From NCBI GenBank assembly GCA_032718475.1, contig JAUCBJ010007806.1, positions 77,621-141,620 of the forward strand: a stretch of DNA of 64,000 bases, in the 5' to 3' direction. The position numbers and the translations under genes are program-made. The notes beneath the pieces were generated by a model that saw nothing but the letters and a program-made list of their open reading frames with translations, was not told the origin of the DNA and ran no database searches. How positions within the stretch are numbered: the stretch's first letter is position 1; every line of letters starts with the position of its first letter. Shown here one piece after another: positions 1-15,000 of this stretch. The DNA is from Nemertoderma westbladi. Taxonomy: Eukaryota > Animalia > Xenacoelomorpha.

Positions 1-3000
1 TGAAAGAGAAAAATAGTTATTGTATACGGAATAGCCATACAACTGTGAAAGAGAAAAATAGTTATTGTATACGGAATAGCCATACAACTGTGAAAGTGAA
101 AGTTAGTTATTGTATACGGAATAGACATACAACTGTGAAAGAGAAAAATAGTTATTGTATACGGAATAGACATACAACTGTGAAAGAGAAAAATAGTTAT
201 TGTATACGGAATAGCCATACAACTGTGAAAGAGAAAAATAGTTATTGTATACGGAATAGCCATACAACTGTGAAAGAGAAAAATAGTTATTGTATACGGA
301 ATAGCCATACAACTGTGAAAGAGAAAAATAGTTATTGTATACGGAATAGCCATACAACTGTGAAAGAGAAAGTTAGTTATTGCATACGGAATAGCCATAC
401 AACTGTGAAAGAGAAAAATAGTTATTGTATACGGAATAGCCATACAACTGTGAAAGAGAAAGTTATTTATTGTATACGGAATAGCCATACAACTGTGAAA
501 GTGAAAGTTAGTTATTGCAAACGGAATAGCCATACAACTGTGAAAGAGAAAAATAGTTATTGTATACGGAATAGACATACAACTGTGAAAGAGAAAAATA
601 GTTATTGTATACGGAATAGCCATACAACTGTGAAAGAGAAAAATAGTTATTGTATACGGAATAGCCATACAACTGTGAAAGAGAAAAATAGTTATTGTAT
701 ACGGAATAGCCATACAACTGTGAAAGAGAAAAATAGTTATTGTATACGGAATAGCCATACAACTGTGAAAGAGAAAGTTAGTTATTGCATACGGAATAGC
801 CATACAACTGTGAAAGAGAAAAATAGTTATTGTATACGGAATAGCCATACAACTGTGAAAGAGAAAGTTATTTATTGTATACGGAATAGCCATACAACTG
901 TGAAAGTGAAAGTTAGTTATTGTATACGGAATAGACATACAACTGTGAAAGAGAAAAATAGTTATTGTATACGGAATAGCCATACAACTGTGAAAGAGAA
1001 AGTTATTTATTGTATACGGAATAGCCATACAACTGTGAAAGTGAAAGTTAGTTATTGTATACGGAATAGACATACAACTGTGAAAGAGAAAAATAGTTAT
1101 TGCATACGGAATAGCCATACAACTGTGAAAGAGAAAAATAGTTATTGTATACGGAATAGACATACAACTGTGAAAGAGAAAAATAGTTATTGTATACGGA
1201 ATAGCCATACAACTGTGAAAGAGAAAAATAGTTATTGTATACGGAATAGCCATACAACTGTGAAAGAGAAAAATAGTTATTGTATACGGAATAGCCATAC
1301 AACTGTGAAAGAGAAAAATAGTTATTGTATACGGAATAGCCATACAACTGTGAAAGAGAAAAATAGTTATTGTATACGGAATAGACATACAACTGTGAAA
1401 GTGAAAGTTAGTTATTGCATACGGAATAGCCATACAACTGTGAAAGAGAAAAATAGTTATTGTATACGGAATAGACATACAACTGTGAAAGTGAAAGTTA
1501 GTTATTGCATACGGAATAGCCATACAACTGTGAAAGAGAAAAATAGTTATTGTATACGGAATAGACATACAACTGTGAAAGAGAAAAATAGTTATTGTAT
1601 ACGGAATAGCCATACAACTGTGAAAGAGAAAAATAGTTATTGTATACGGAATAGCCATACAACTGTGAAAGAGAAAAATAGTTATTGTATACGGAATAGC
1701 CATACAACTGTGAAAGAGAAAAATAGTTATTGTATACGGAATAGCCATACAACTGTGAAAGAGAAAAATAGTTATTGTATACGGAATAGACATACAACTG
1801 TGAAAGTGAAAGTTAGTTATTGCATACGGAATAGCCATACAACTGTGAAAGAGAAAAATAGTTATTGTATACGGAATAGACATACAACTGTGAAAGTGAA
1901 AGTTAGTTATTGCATACGGAATAGCCATACAACTGTGAAAGAGAAAAATAGTTATTGTATACGGAATAGACATACAACTGTGAAAGTGAAAGTTAGTTAT
2001 TGCATACGGAATAGCCATACAACTGTGAAAGTGAAAGTTAGTTATTGCATACGGAATAGCCATACAACTGTGAAAGTGAAAGTTAGTTATTGCATACGGA
2101 ATAGCCATACAACTGTGAAAGAGAAGGTTAGTTATTGCATACGGAATCGCCTTACAACTGTGAAAGTGAAAGTTAGTTATTGCATACGGAATAGCCATAC
2201 AACTGTGAAAGAGAAAAATAGTTATTGTATACGGAATAGCCATACAACTGTGAAAGAGAAGGTTAGTTATTGCATACGGAATAGACATACAACTGTGAAA
2301 GAGAAAAATAGTTATTGTATACGGAATAGCCATACAACTGTGAAAGAGAAAAATAGTTATTGTATACGGAATAGACATACAACTGTGAAAGAGAAAAATA
2401 GTTATTGCATACGGAATAGCCATACAACTGTGAAAGAGAAAGTTATTTATTGTATACGGAATAGCCATACAACTGTGAAAGAGAAAAATAGTTATTGTAT
2501 ACGGAATAGCCATACAACTGTGAAAGAGAAAAATAGTTATTGTATACGGAATAGACATACAACTGTGAAAGAGAAAAATAGTTATTGCATACGGAATAGC
2601 CATACAACTGTGAAAGAGAAAGTTATTTATTGTATACGGAATAGCCATACAACTGTGAAAGAGAAAAATAGTTATTGTATACGGAATAGACATACAACTG
2701 TGAAAGAGAAAAATAGTTATTGTATACGGAATAGACATACAACTGTGAAAGAGAAAAATAGTTATTGCATACGGAATAGACATACAACTGTGAAAGAGAA
2801 AGTTATTTATTGTATACGGAATAGCCATACAACTGTGAAAGAGAAAAATAGTTATTGTATACGGAATAGCCATACAACTGTGAAAGAGAAAAATAGTTAT
2901 TGTATACGGAATAGCCATACAACTGTGAAAGAGAAAAATAGTTATTGCATACGGAATAGCCATACAACTGTGAAAGAGAAGGTTAGTTATTGCATACGGA

Positions 3001-6000
3001 ATAGCCATACAACTGTGAAAGAGAAAAATAGTTATTGCATACGGAATAGCCATACAACTGTGAAAGAGAAAAATAGTTATTGTATACGGAATAGCCATAC
3101 AACTGTGAAAGAGAAGGTTAGTTATTGCATACGGAATAGCCATACAACTGTGAAAGAGAAAAATAGTTATTGTATACGGAATAGCCATACAACTGTGAAA
3201 GAGAAGGTTAGTTATTGCATACGGAATAGACATACAACTGTGAAAGAGAAAAATAGTTATTGCATACGGAATAGACATACAACTGTGAAAGAGAAAAATA
3301 GTTATTGCATACGGAATAGACATACAACTGTGAAAGAGAAAAATAGTTATTGCATACGGAATAGACATACAACTGTGAAAGAGAAAAATAGTTATTGCAT
3401 ACGGAATAGACATACAACTGTGAAAGTGAAAAATAGTTATTGTATACGGAATAGCCATACAACTGTGAAAGAGAAAAATAGTTATTGTATACGGAATAGC
3501 CATACAACTGTGAAAGAGAAAAATAGTTATTGCATACGGAATAGCCATACAACTGTGAAAGAGAAGGTTAGTTATTGTATACGGAATAGACATACAACTG
3601 TGAAAGAGAAAAATAGTTATTGTATACGGAATAGCCATACAACTGTGAAAGAGAAAAATAGTTATTGTATACGGAATAGACATACAACTGTGAAAGAGAA
3701 AAATAGTTATTGTATACGGAATAGACATACAACTGTGAAAGAGAAGGTTAGTTATTGCATACGGAATAGCCATACAACTGTGAAAGTGAAAGTTAGTTAT
3801 TGCATACGGAATAGCCATACAACTGTGAAAGTGAAAGTTAGTTATTGCATACGGAATAGACATACAACTGTGAAAGAGAAAAATAGTTATTGTATACGGA
3901 ATAGCCATACAACTGTGAAAGAGAAAAATAGTTATTGTATACGGAATAGACATACAACTGTGAAAGAGAAAAATAGTTATTGTATACGGAATAGCCATAC
4001 AACTGTGAAAGAGAAGGTTAGTTATTGTATACGGAATAGACATACAACTGTGAAAGAGAAAAATAGTTATTGTATACGGAATAGCCATACAACTGTGAAA
4101 GAGAAAAATAGTTATTGTATACGGAATAGACATACAACTGTGAAAGAGAAAAATAGTTATTGTATACGGAATAGACATACAACTGTGAAAGAGAAAAATA
4201 GTTATTGTATACGGAATAGCCATACAACTGTGAAAGAGAAAAATAGTTATTGCATACGGAATAGACATACAACTGTGAAAGTGAAAAATAGTTATTGCAT
4301 ACGGAATAGCCATACAACTGTGAAAGAGAAAGTTAGTTATTGCATACGGAATAGCCATACAACTGTGAAAGAGAAAAATAGTTATTGTATACGGAATAGA
4401 CATACAACTGTGAAAGAGAAAAATAGTTATTGCATACGGAATAGACATACAACTGTGAAAGTGAAAAATAGTTATTGCATACGGAATAGCCATACAACTG
4501 TGAAAGAGAAAGTTAGTTATTGCATACGGAATAGCCATACAACTGTGAAAGTGAAAGTTAGTTATTGCATACGGAATAGCCATACAACTGTGAAAGAGAA
4601 AAATAGTTATTGTATACGGAATAGCCATACATACAACTGTGAAAGAGAAAGTTATTTATTGTATACGGAATAGCCATACAACTGTGAAAGAGAAAAATAG
4701 TTATTGTATACGGAATAGCCATACAACTGTGAAAGAGAAAAATAGTTATTGTATACGGAATAGCCATACAACTGTGAAAGAGAAAGTTAGTTATTGCATA
4801 CGGAATAGCCATACAACTGTGAAAGTGAAAGTTAGTTATTGCATACGGAATAGCCATACAACTGTGAAAGAGAAAAATAGTTATTGTATACGGAATAGAC
4901 ATACAACTGTGAAAGTGAAAAATAGTTATTGTATACGGAATAGCCATACATACAACTGTGAAAGAGAAAGTTATTTATTGTATACGGAATAGCCATACAA
5001 CTGTGAAAGAGAAAAATAGTTATTGTATACGGAATAGCCATACAACTGTGAAAGAGAAAAATAGTTATTGTATACGGAATAGCCATACAACTGTGAAAGA
5101 GAAAAATAGTTATTGCATACGGAATAGCCATACAACTGTGAAAGAGAAGGTTAGTTATTGCATACGGAATAGCCATACAACTGTGAAAGAGAAAAATAGT
5201 TATTGCATACGGAATAGCCATACAACTGTGAAAGAGAAGGTTAGTTATTGCATACGGAATAGCCATACAACTGTGAAAGAGAAAAATAGTTATTGTATAC
5301 GGAATAGCCATACAACTGTGAAAGAGAAGGTTAGTTATTGCATACGGAATAGACATACAACTGTGAAAGAGAAAAATAGTTATTGTATACGGAATAGCCA
5401 TACAACTGTGAAAGAGAAAAATAGTTATTGTATACGGAATAGACATACAACTGTGAAAGAGAAAAATAGTTATTGTATACGGAATAGACATACAACTGTG
5501 AAAGAGAAAAATAGTTATTGCATACGGAATAGACATACAACTGTGAAAGTGAAAAATAGTTATTGTATACGGAATAGCCATACAACTGTGAAAGAGAAAA
5601 ATAGTTATTGTATACGGAATAGCCATACAACTGTGAAAGAGAAAAATAGTTATTGCATACGGAATAGCCATACAACTGTGAAAGAGAAGGTTAGTTATTG
5701 CATACGGAATAGCCATACAACTGTGAAAGAGAAAAATAGTTATTGCATACGGAATAGCCATACAACTGTGAAAGAGAAGGTTAGTTATTGCATACGGAAT
5801 AGCCATACAACTGTGAAAGAGAAAAATAGTTATTGTATACGGAATAGCCATACAACTGTGAAAGAGAAGGTTAGTTATTGTATACGGAATAGACATACAA
5901 CTGTGAAAGAGAAAAATAGTTATTGTATACGGAATAGCCATACAACTGTGAAAGAGAAAAATAGTTATTGTATACGGAATAGACATACAACTGTGAAAGA

Positions 6001-9000
6001 GAAAAATAGTTATTGTATACGGAATAGACATACAACTGTGAAAGAGAAGGTTAGTTATTGTATACGGAATAGACATACAACTGTGAAAGAGAAAAATAGT
6101 TATTGTATACGGAATAGCCATACAACTGTGAAAGAGAAAAATAGTTATTGTATACGGAATAGACATACAACTGTGAAAGAGAAAAATAGTTATTGTATAC
6201 GGAATAGACATACAACTGTGAAAGAGAAGGTTAGTTATTGTATACGGAATAGACATACAACTGTGAAAGAGAAAAATAGTTATTGCATACGGAATAGACA
6301 TACAACTGTGAAAGAGAAAAATAGTTATTGTATACGGAATAGCCATACAACTGTGAAAGAGAAAAATAGTTATTGTATACGGAATAGACATACAACTGTG
6401 AAAGAGAAAAATAGTTATTGTATACGGAATAGACATACAACTGTGAAAGAGAAAAATAGTTATTGTATACGGAATAGACATACAACTGTGAAAGAGAAAA
6501 ATAGTTATTGTATACGGAATAGCCATACAACTGTGAAAGAGAAGGTTAGTTATTGCATACGGAATAGACATACAACTGTGAAAGAGAAGGTTAGTTATTG
6601 CATACGGAATAGACATACAACTGTGAAAGAGAAAAATAGTTATTGCATACGGAATAGACATACAACTGTGAAAGAGAAAAATAGTTATTGTATACGGAAT
6701 AGACATACAACTGTGAAAGAGAAAAATAGTTATTGTATACGGAATAGCCATACAACTGTGAAAGAGAAGGTTAGTTATTGCATACGGAATAGACATACAA
6801 CTGTGAAAGAGAAAAATAGTTATTGTATACGGAATAGCCATACAACTGTGAAAGAGAAAAATAGTTATTGTATACGGAATAGACATACAACTGTGAAAGA
6901 GAAAAATAGTTATTGCATACGGAATAGCCATACAACTGTGAAAGAGAAAAATAGTTATTGTATACGGAATAGCCATACAACTGTGAAAGAGAAAAATAGT
7001 TATTGTATACGGAATAGCCATACAACTGTGAAAGAGAAGGTTAGTTATTGTATACGGAATAGACATACAACTGTGAAAGAGAAAAATAGTTATTGTATAC
7101 GGAATAGCCATACAACTGTGAAAGAGAAGGTTAGTTATTGCATACGGAATAGCCATACAACTGTGAAAGTGAAAGTTAGTTATTGTATACGGAATAGACA
7201 TACAACTGTGAAAGAGAAAAATAGTTATTGTATACGGAATAGCCATACAACTGTGAAAGAGAAAAATAGTTATTGTATACGGAATAGCCATACAACTGTG
7301 AAAGAGAAAAATAGTTATTGCATACGGAATAGCCATACAACTGTGAAAGAGAAGGTTAGTTATTGCATACGGAATAGACATACAACTGTGAAAGAGAAAA
7401 ATAGTTATTGCATACGGAATAGACATACAACTGTGAAAGAGAAAAATAGTTATTGCATACGGAATAGCCATACAACCTTGAAAGTGAAAGTTAGTTATTG
7501 CATACGGAATAGCCATACAACCTTGAAAGTGAAAGTTAGTTATTGCATACGGAATAGCCATACAACTGTGAAAGAGAAAAATAGTTATTGTATACGGAAT
7601 AGCCATACAACTGTGAAAGAGAAAAATAGTTATTGCATACGGAATAGCCATACAACTGTGAAAGAGAAGGTTAGTTATTGCATACGGAATAGACATACAA
7701 CTGTGAAAGAGAAAAATAGTTATTGCATACGGAATAGACATACAACTGTGAAAGAGAAAAATAGTTATTGTATACGGAATAGACATACAACTGTGAAAGA
7801 GAAAAATAGTTATTGTATACGGAATAGACATACAACTGTGAAAGAGAAAAATAGTTATTGTATACGGAATAGCCATACAACTGTGAAAGAGAAGGTTAGT
7901 TATTGCATACGGAATAGACATACAACTGTGAAAGAGAAAAATAGTTATTGCATACGGAATAGACATACAACTGTGAAAGTGAAAAATAGTTATTGTATAC
8001 GGAATAGACATACAACTGTGAAAGAGAAAAATAGTTATTGTATACGGAATAGCCATACAACTGTGAAAGAGAAAGTTAGTTATTGCATACGGAATCGCCT
8101 TACAACTGTGAAAGTGAAAGTTAGTTATTGCATACGGAATAGCCATACAACTGTGAAAGTGAAAGTTAGTTATTGCATACGGAATAGCCATACAACTGTG
8201 AAAGAGAAGGTTAGTTATTGCATACGGAATAGCCATACAACTGTGAAAGAGAAGGTTAGTTATTGCATACGGAATAGACATACAACTGTGAAAGAGAAGG
8301 TTAGTTATTGCATACGGAATAGACATACAACTGTGAAAGAGAAAAATAGTTATTGCATACGGAATAGACATACAACTGTGAAAGTGAAAAATAGTTATTG
8401 CATACGGAATAGACATACAACTGTGAAAGTGAAAAATAGTTATTGTATACGGAATAGCCATACAACTGTGAAAGAGAAGGTTAGTTATTGCATAGGGAAT
8501 AGCCATACAACTGTGAAAGAGAAAAATAGTTATTGTATACGGAATAGCCATACAACTGTGAAAGAGAAAAATAGTTATTGCATACGGAATAGACATACAA
8601 CTGTGAAAGAGAAGGTTAGTTATTGCATACGGAATAGACATACAACTGTGAAAGTGAAAAATAGTTATTGTATACGGAATAGCCATACAACTGTGAAAGA
8701 GAAAAATAGTTATTGCATACGGAATAGACATACAACTGTGAAAGAGAAGGTTAGTTATTGCATACGGAATAGACATACAACTGTGAAAGTGAAAAATAGT
8801 TATTGTATACGGAATAGCCATACAACTGTGAAAGAGAAAAATAGTTATTGCATACGGAATAGACATACAACTGTGAAAGAGAAAAATAGTTATTGTATAC
8901 GGAATAGCCATACAACTGTGAAAGAGAAAAATAGTTATTGCATACGGAATAGACATACAACTGTGAAAGAGAAAAATAGTTATTGCATACGGAATAGCCA

Positions 9001-12000
9001 TACAACTGTGAAAGTGAAAGTTAGTTATTGCATACGGAATAGCCATACAACTGTGAAAGAGAAGGTTAGTTATTGCATACGGAATAGCCATACAACTGTG
9101 AAAGAGAAGGTTAGTTATTGCATACGGAATAGACATACAACTGTGAAAGAGAAGGTTAGTTATTGCATACGGAATAGACATACAACTGTGAAAGAGAAAA
9201 ATAGTTATTGCATACGGAATAGACATACAACTGTGAAAGTGAAAAATAGTTATTGCATACGGAATAGACATACAACTGTGAAAGTGAAAAATAGTTATTG
9301 TATACGGAATAGCCATACAACTGTGAAAGAGAAGGTTAGTTATTGCATAGGGAATAGCCATACAACTGTGAAAGAGAAAAATAGTTATTGTATACGGAAT
9401 AGCCATACAACTGTGAAAGAGAAAAATAGTTATTGCATACGGAATAGACATACAACTGTGAAAGAGAAGGTTAGTTATTGCATACGGAATAGACATACAA
9501 CTGTGAAAGTGAAAAATAGTTATTGTATACGGAATAGCCATACAACTGTGAAAGAGAAAAATAGTTATTGCATACGGAATAGACATACAACTGTGAAAGA
9601 GAAGGTTAGTTATTGCATACGGAATAGACATACAACTGTGAAAGTGAAAAATAGTTATTGTATACGGAATAGCCATACAACTGTGAAAGAGAAAAATAGT
9701 TATTGCATACGGAATAGCCATACAACTGTGAAAGAGAAAAATAGTTATTGTATACGGAATAGCCATACAACTGTGAAAGAGAAAAATAGTTATTGCATAC
9801 GGAATAGACATACAACTGTGAAAGAGAAAAATAGTTATTGCATACGGAATAGCCATACAACTGTGAAAGTTAGTTATTGCATACGGAATAGCCATACAAC
9901 TGTGAAAGAGAAGGTTAGTTATTGCATACGGAATAGCCATACAACTGTGAAAGAGAAGGTTAGTTATTGCATACGGAATAGACATACAACTGTGAAAGAG
10001 AAGGTTAGTTATTGCATACGGAATAGACATACAACTGTGAAAGAGAAAAATAGTTATTGCATACGGAATAGACATACAACTGTGAAAGTGAAAAATAGTT
10101 ATTGCATACGGAATAGACATACAACTGTGAAAGTGAAAAATAGTTATTGTATACGGAATAGCCATACAACTGTGAAAGAGAAGGTTAGTTATTGCATAGG
10201 GAATAGCCATACAACTGTGAAAGAGAAAAATAGTTATTGTATACGGAATAGCCATACAACTGTGAAAGAGAAAAATAGTTATTGCATACGGAATAGACAT
10301 ACAACTGTGAAAGAGAAGGTTAGTTATTGCATACGGAATAGACATACAACTGTGAAAGTGAAAAATAGTTATTGTATACGGAATAGCCATACAACTGTGA
10401 AAGAGAAAAATAGTTATTGCATACGGAATAGACATACAACTGTGAAAGAGAAGGTTAGTTATTGCATACGGAATAGACATACAACTGTGAAAGTGAAAAA
10501 TAGTTATTGTATACGGAATAGCCATACAACTGTGAAAGAGAAAAATAGTTATTGCATACGGAATAGACATACAACTGTGAAAGAGAAAAATAGTTATTGT
10601 ATACGGAATAGCCATACAACTGTGAAAGAGAAAAATAGTTATTGCATACGGAATAGACATACAACTGTGAAAGAGAAGGTTAGTTATTGCATACGGAATA
10701 GACATACAACTGTGAAAGTGAAAAATAGTTATTGTATACGGAATAGCCATACAACTGTGAAAGAGAAAAATAGTTATTGTATACGGAATAGCCATACAAC
10801 TGTGAAAGTGAAAGTTAGTTATTGTATACGGAATAGACATACAACTGTGAAAGAGAAAAATAGTTATTGCATACGGAATAGACATACAACTGTGAAAGAG
10901 AAAAATAGTTATTGTATACGGAATAGCCATACAACTGTGAAAGAGAAAAATAGTTATTGTATACGGAATAGCCATACAACTGTGAAAGTGAAAGTTAGTT
11001 ATTGCATACGGAATAGACATACAACTGTGAAAGAGAAAAATAGTTATTGCATACGGAATAGACATACAACTGTGAAAGAGAAAAATAGTTATTGTATACG
11101 GAATAGCCATACAACTGTGAAAGAGAAAAATAGTTATTGTATACGGAATAGCCATACAACTGTGAAAGAGAAAAATAGTTATTGTATACGGAATAGACAT
11201 ACAACTGTGAAAGAGAAAAATAGTTATTGCATACGGAATAGACATACAACTGTGAAAGAGAAAAATAGTTATTGTATACGGAATAGCCATACAACTGTGA
11301 AAGAGAAAAATAGTTATTGTATACGGAATAGCCATACAACTGTGAAAGTGAAAGTTAGTTATTGCATACGGAATAGACATACAACTGTGAAAGAGAAAAA
11401 TAGTTATTGCATACGGAATAGACATACAACTGTGAAAGAGAAAAATAGTTATTGTATACGGAATAGCCATACAACTGTGAAAGAGAAAAATAGTTATTGT
11501 ATACGGAATAGCCATACAACTGTGAAAGAGAAAAATAGTTATTGTATACGGAATAGACATACAACTGTGAAAGAGAAAAATAGTTATTGCATACGGAATA
11601 GACATACAACTGTGAAAGAGAAAAATAGTTATTGTATACGGAATAGCCATACAACTGTGAAAGAGAAAAATAGTTATTGTATACGGAATAGCCATACAAC
11701 TGTGAAAGTGAAAGTTAGTTATTGCATACGGAATAGACATACAACTGTGAAAGAGAAAAATAGTTATTGCATACGGAATAGACATACAACTGTGAAAGAG
11801 AAGGTTAGTTATTGCATACGGAATAGACATACAACTGTGAAAGAGAAAAATAGTTATTGCATACGGAATAGACATACAACTGTGAAAGAGAAAAATAGTT
11901 ATTGCATACGGAATAGACATACAACTGTGAAAGAGAAAAATAGTTATTGTATACGGAATAGACATACAACTGTGAAAGAGAAGGTTAGTTATTGCATACG

Positions 12001-15000
12001 GAATAGACATACAACTGTGAAAGAGAAAGTTAGTTATTGCATACGGAATAGACATACAACTGTGAAAGAGAAAAATAGTTATTGTATACGGAATAGACAT
12101 ACAACTGTGAAAGTGAAAGTTAGTTATTGCATACGGAATAGTCATACAACTGTGAAAGAGAAGGTTAGTTATTGCATACGGAATAGACATACAACTGTGA
12201 AAGAGAAAAATAGTTATTGCATACGGAATAGACATACAACTGTGAAAGAGAAAAATAGTTATTGCATACGGAATAGACATACAACTGTGAAAGAGAAAAA
12301 TAGTTATTGTATACGGAATAGCCATACAACTGTGAAAGTGAAAGTTAGTTATTGCATACGGAATAGCCATACAACTGTGAAAGTGAAAGTTAGTTATTGC
12401 ATACGGAATAGACATACAACTGTGAAAGAGAAAAATAGTTATTGCATACGGAATAGACATACAACTGTGAAAGAGAAGGTTAGTTATTGCATACGGAATA
12501 GACATACAACTGTGAAAGAGAAAAATAGTTATTGCATACGGAATAGACATACAACTGTGAAAGAGAAAAATAGTTATTGCATACGGAATAGACATACAAC
12601 TGTGAAAGAGAAAAATAGTTATTGTATACGGAATAGACATACAACTGTGAAAGAGAAGGTTAGTTATTGCATACGGAATAGACATACAACTGTGAAAGAG
12701 AAAAATAGTTATTGCATACGGAATAGACATACAACTGTGAAAGAGAAAAATAGTTATTGTATACGGAATAGACATACAACTGTGAAAGTGAAAGTTAGTT
12801 ATTGTATACGGAATAGCCATACAACTGTGAAAGTGAAAGTTAGTTATTGCATACGGAATAGACATACAACTGTGAAAGAGAAAAATAGTTATTGCATACG
12901 GAATAGACATACAACTGTGAAAGTGAAAGTTAGTTATTGCATACGGAATAGACATACAACTGTGAAAGAGAAAAATAGTTATTGTATACGGAATAGCCAT
13001 ACAACTGTGAAAGTGAAAGTTAGTTATTGCATACGGAATAGACATACAACTGTGAAAGAGAAAAATAGTTATTGTATACGGAATAGCCATACAACTGTGA
13101 AAGTGAAAGTTAGTTATTGCATACGGAATAGACATACAACTGTGAAAGAGAAAAATAGTTATTGCATACGGAATAGACATACAACTGTGAAAGTGAAAGT
13201 TAGTTATTGCATACGGAATAGACATACAACTGTGAAAGAGAAAAATAGTTATTGCATACGGAATAGCCATACAACTGTGAAAGAGAAAAATAGTTATTGT
13301 ATACGGAATAGACATACAACTGTGAAAGAGAAAAATAGTTATTGCATACGGAATAGACATACAACTGTGAAAGAGAAAAATAGTTATTGTATACGGAATA
13401 GACATACAACTGTGAAAGAGAAAAATAGTTATTGCATACGGAATAGACATACAACTGTGAAAGAGAAAAATAGTTATTGCATACGGAATAGACATACAAC
13501 TGTGAAAGAGAAAAATAGTTATTGTATACGGAATAGACATACAACTGTGAAAGAGAAAAATAGTTATTGCATACGGAATAGACATACAACTGTGAAAGAG
13601 AAAAATAGTTATTGTATACGGAATAGCCATACAACTGTGAAAGAGAAGAATAGTTATTGCATACGGAATAGACATACAACTGTGAAAGAGAAAAATAGTT
13701 ATTGTATACGGAATAGACATACAACTGTGAAAGTGAAAGTTAGTTATTGCATACGGAATAGACATACAACTGTGAAAGAGAAAAATAGTTATTGCATACG
13801 GAATAGACATACAACTGTGAAAGAGAAAAATAGTTATTGTATACGGAATAGCCATACAACTGTGAAAGTGAAAGTTAGTTATTGCATACGGAATAGACAT
13901 ACAACTGTGAAAGAGAAAAATAGTTATTGTATACGGAATAGCCATACAACTGTGAAAGTGAAAGTTAGTTATTGCATACGGAATAGACATACAACTGTGA
14001 AAGAGAAAAATAGTTATTGCATACGGAATAGACATACAACTGTGAAAGTGAAAGTTAGTTATTGCATACGGAATAGACATACAACTGTGAAAGAGAAAAA
14101 TAGTTATTGCATACGGAATAGACATACAACTGTGAAAGAGAAAAATAGTTATTGCATACGGAATAGACATACAACTGTGAAAGAGAAAAATAGTTATTGC
14201 ATACGGAATAGACATACAACTGTGAAAGAGAAAAATAGTTATTGTATACGGAATAGACATACAACTGTGAAAGAGAAAAATAGTTATTGTATACGGAATA
14301 GCCATACAACTGTGAAAGAGAAGAATAGTTATTGCATACGGAATAGACATACAACTGTGAAAGAGAAAGTTAGTTATTGCATACGGAATAGCCATACAAC
14401 TGTGAAAGTGAAAGTTAGTTATTGCATACGGAATAGCCATACAACTGTGAAAGTGAAAGTTAGTTATTGTATACGGAATAGACATACAACTGTGAAAGAG
14501 AAAAATAGTTATTGTATACGGAATAGACATACAACTGTGAAAGAGAAGAATAGTTATTGCATACGGAATAGACATACAACTGTGAAAGAGAAAGTTAGTT
14601 ATTGCATACGGAATAGCCATACAACTGTGAAAGTGAAAGTTAGTTATTGCATACGGAATAGCCATACAACTGTGAAAGTGAAAGTTAGTTATTGTATACG
14701 GAATAGACATACAACTGTGAAAGAGAAAAATAGTTATTGTATACGGAATAGACATACAACTGTGAAAGAGAAAAATAGTTATTGTATACGGAATAGACAT
14801 ACAACTGTGAAAGAGAAAAATAGTTATTGTATACGGAATAGACATACAACTGTGAAAGAGAAAAATAGTTATTGTATACGGAATAGACATACATACAACC
14901 CTGAAAGTGAAAGTTAGTTATTGTATACGGAATAGACATACAACTGTGAAAGAGAAAAATAGTTATTGTATACGGAATAGACATACAACTGTGAAAGAGA

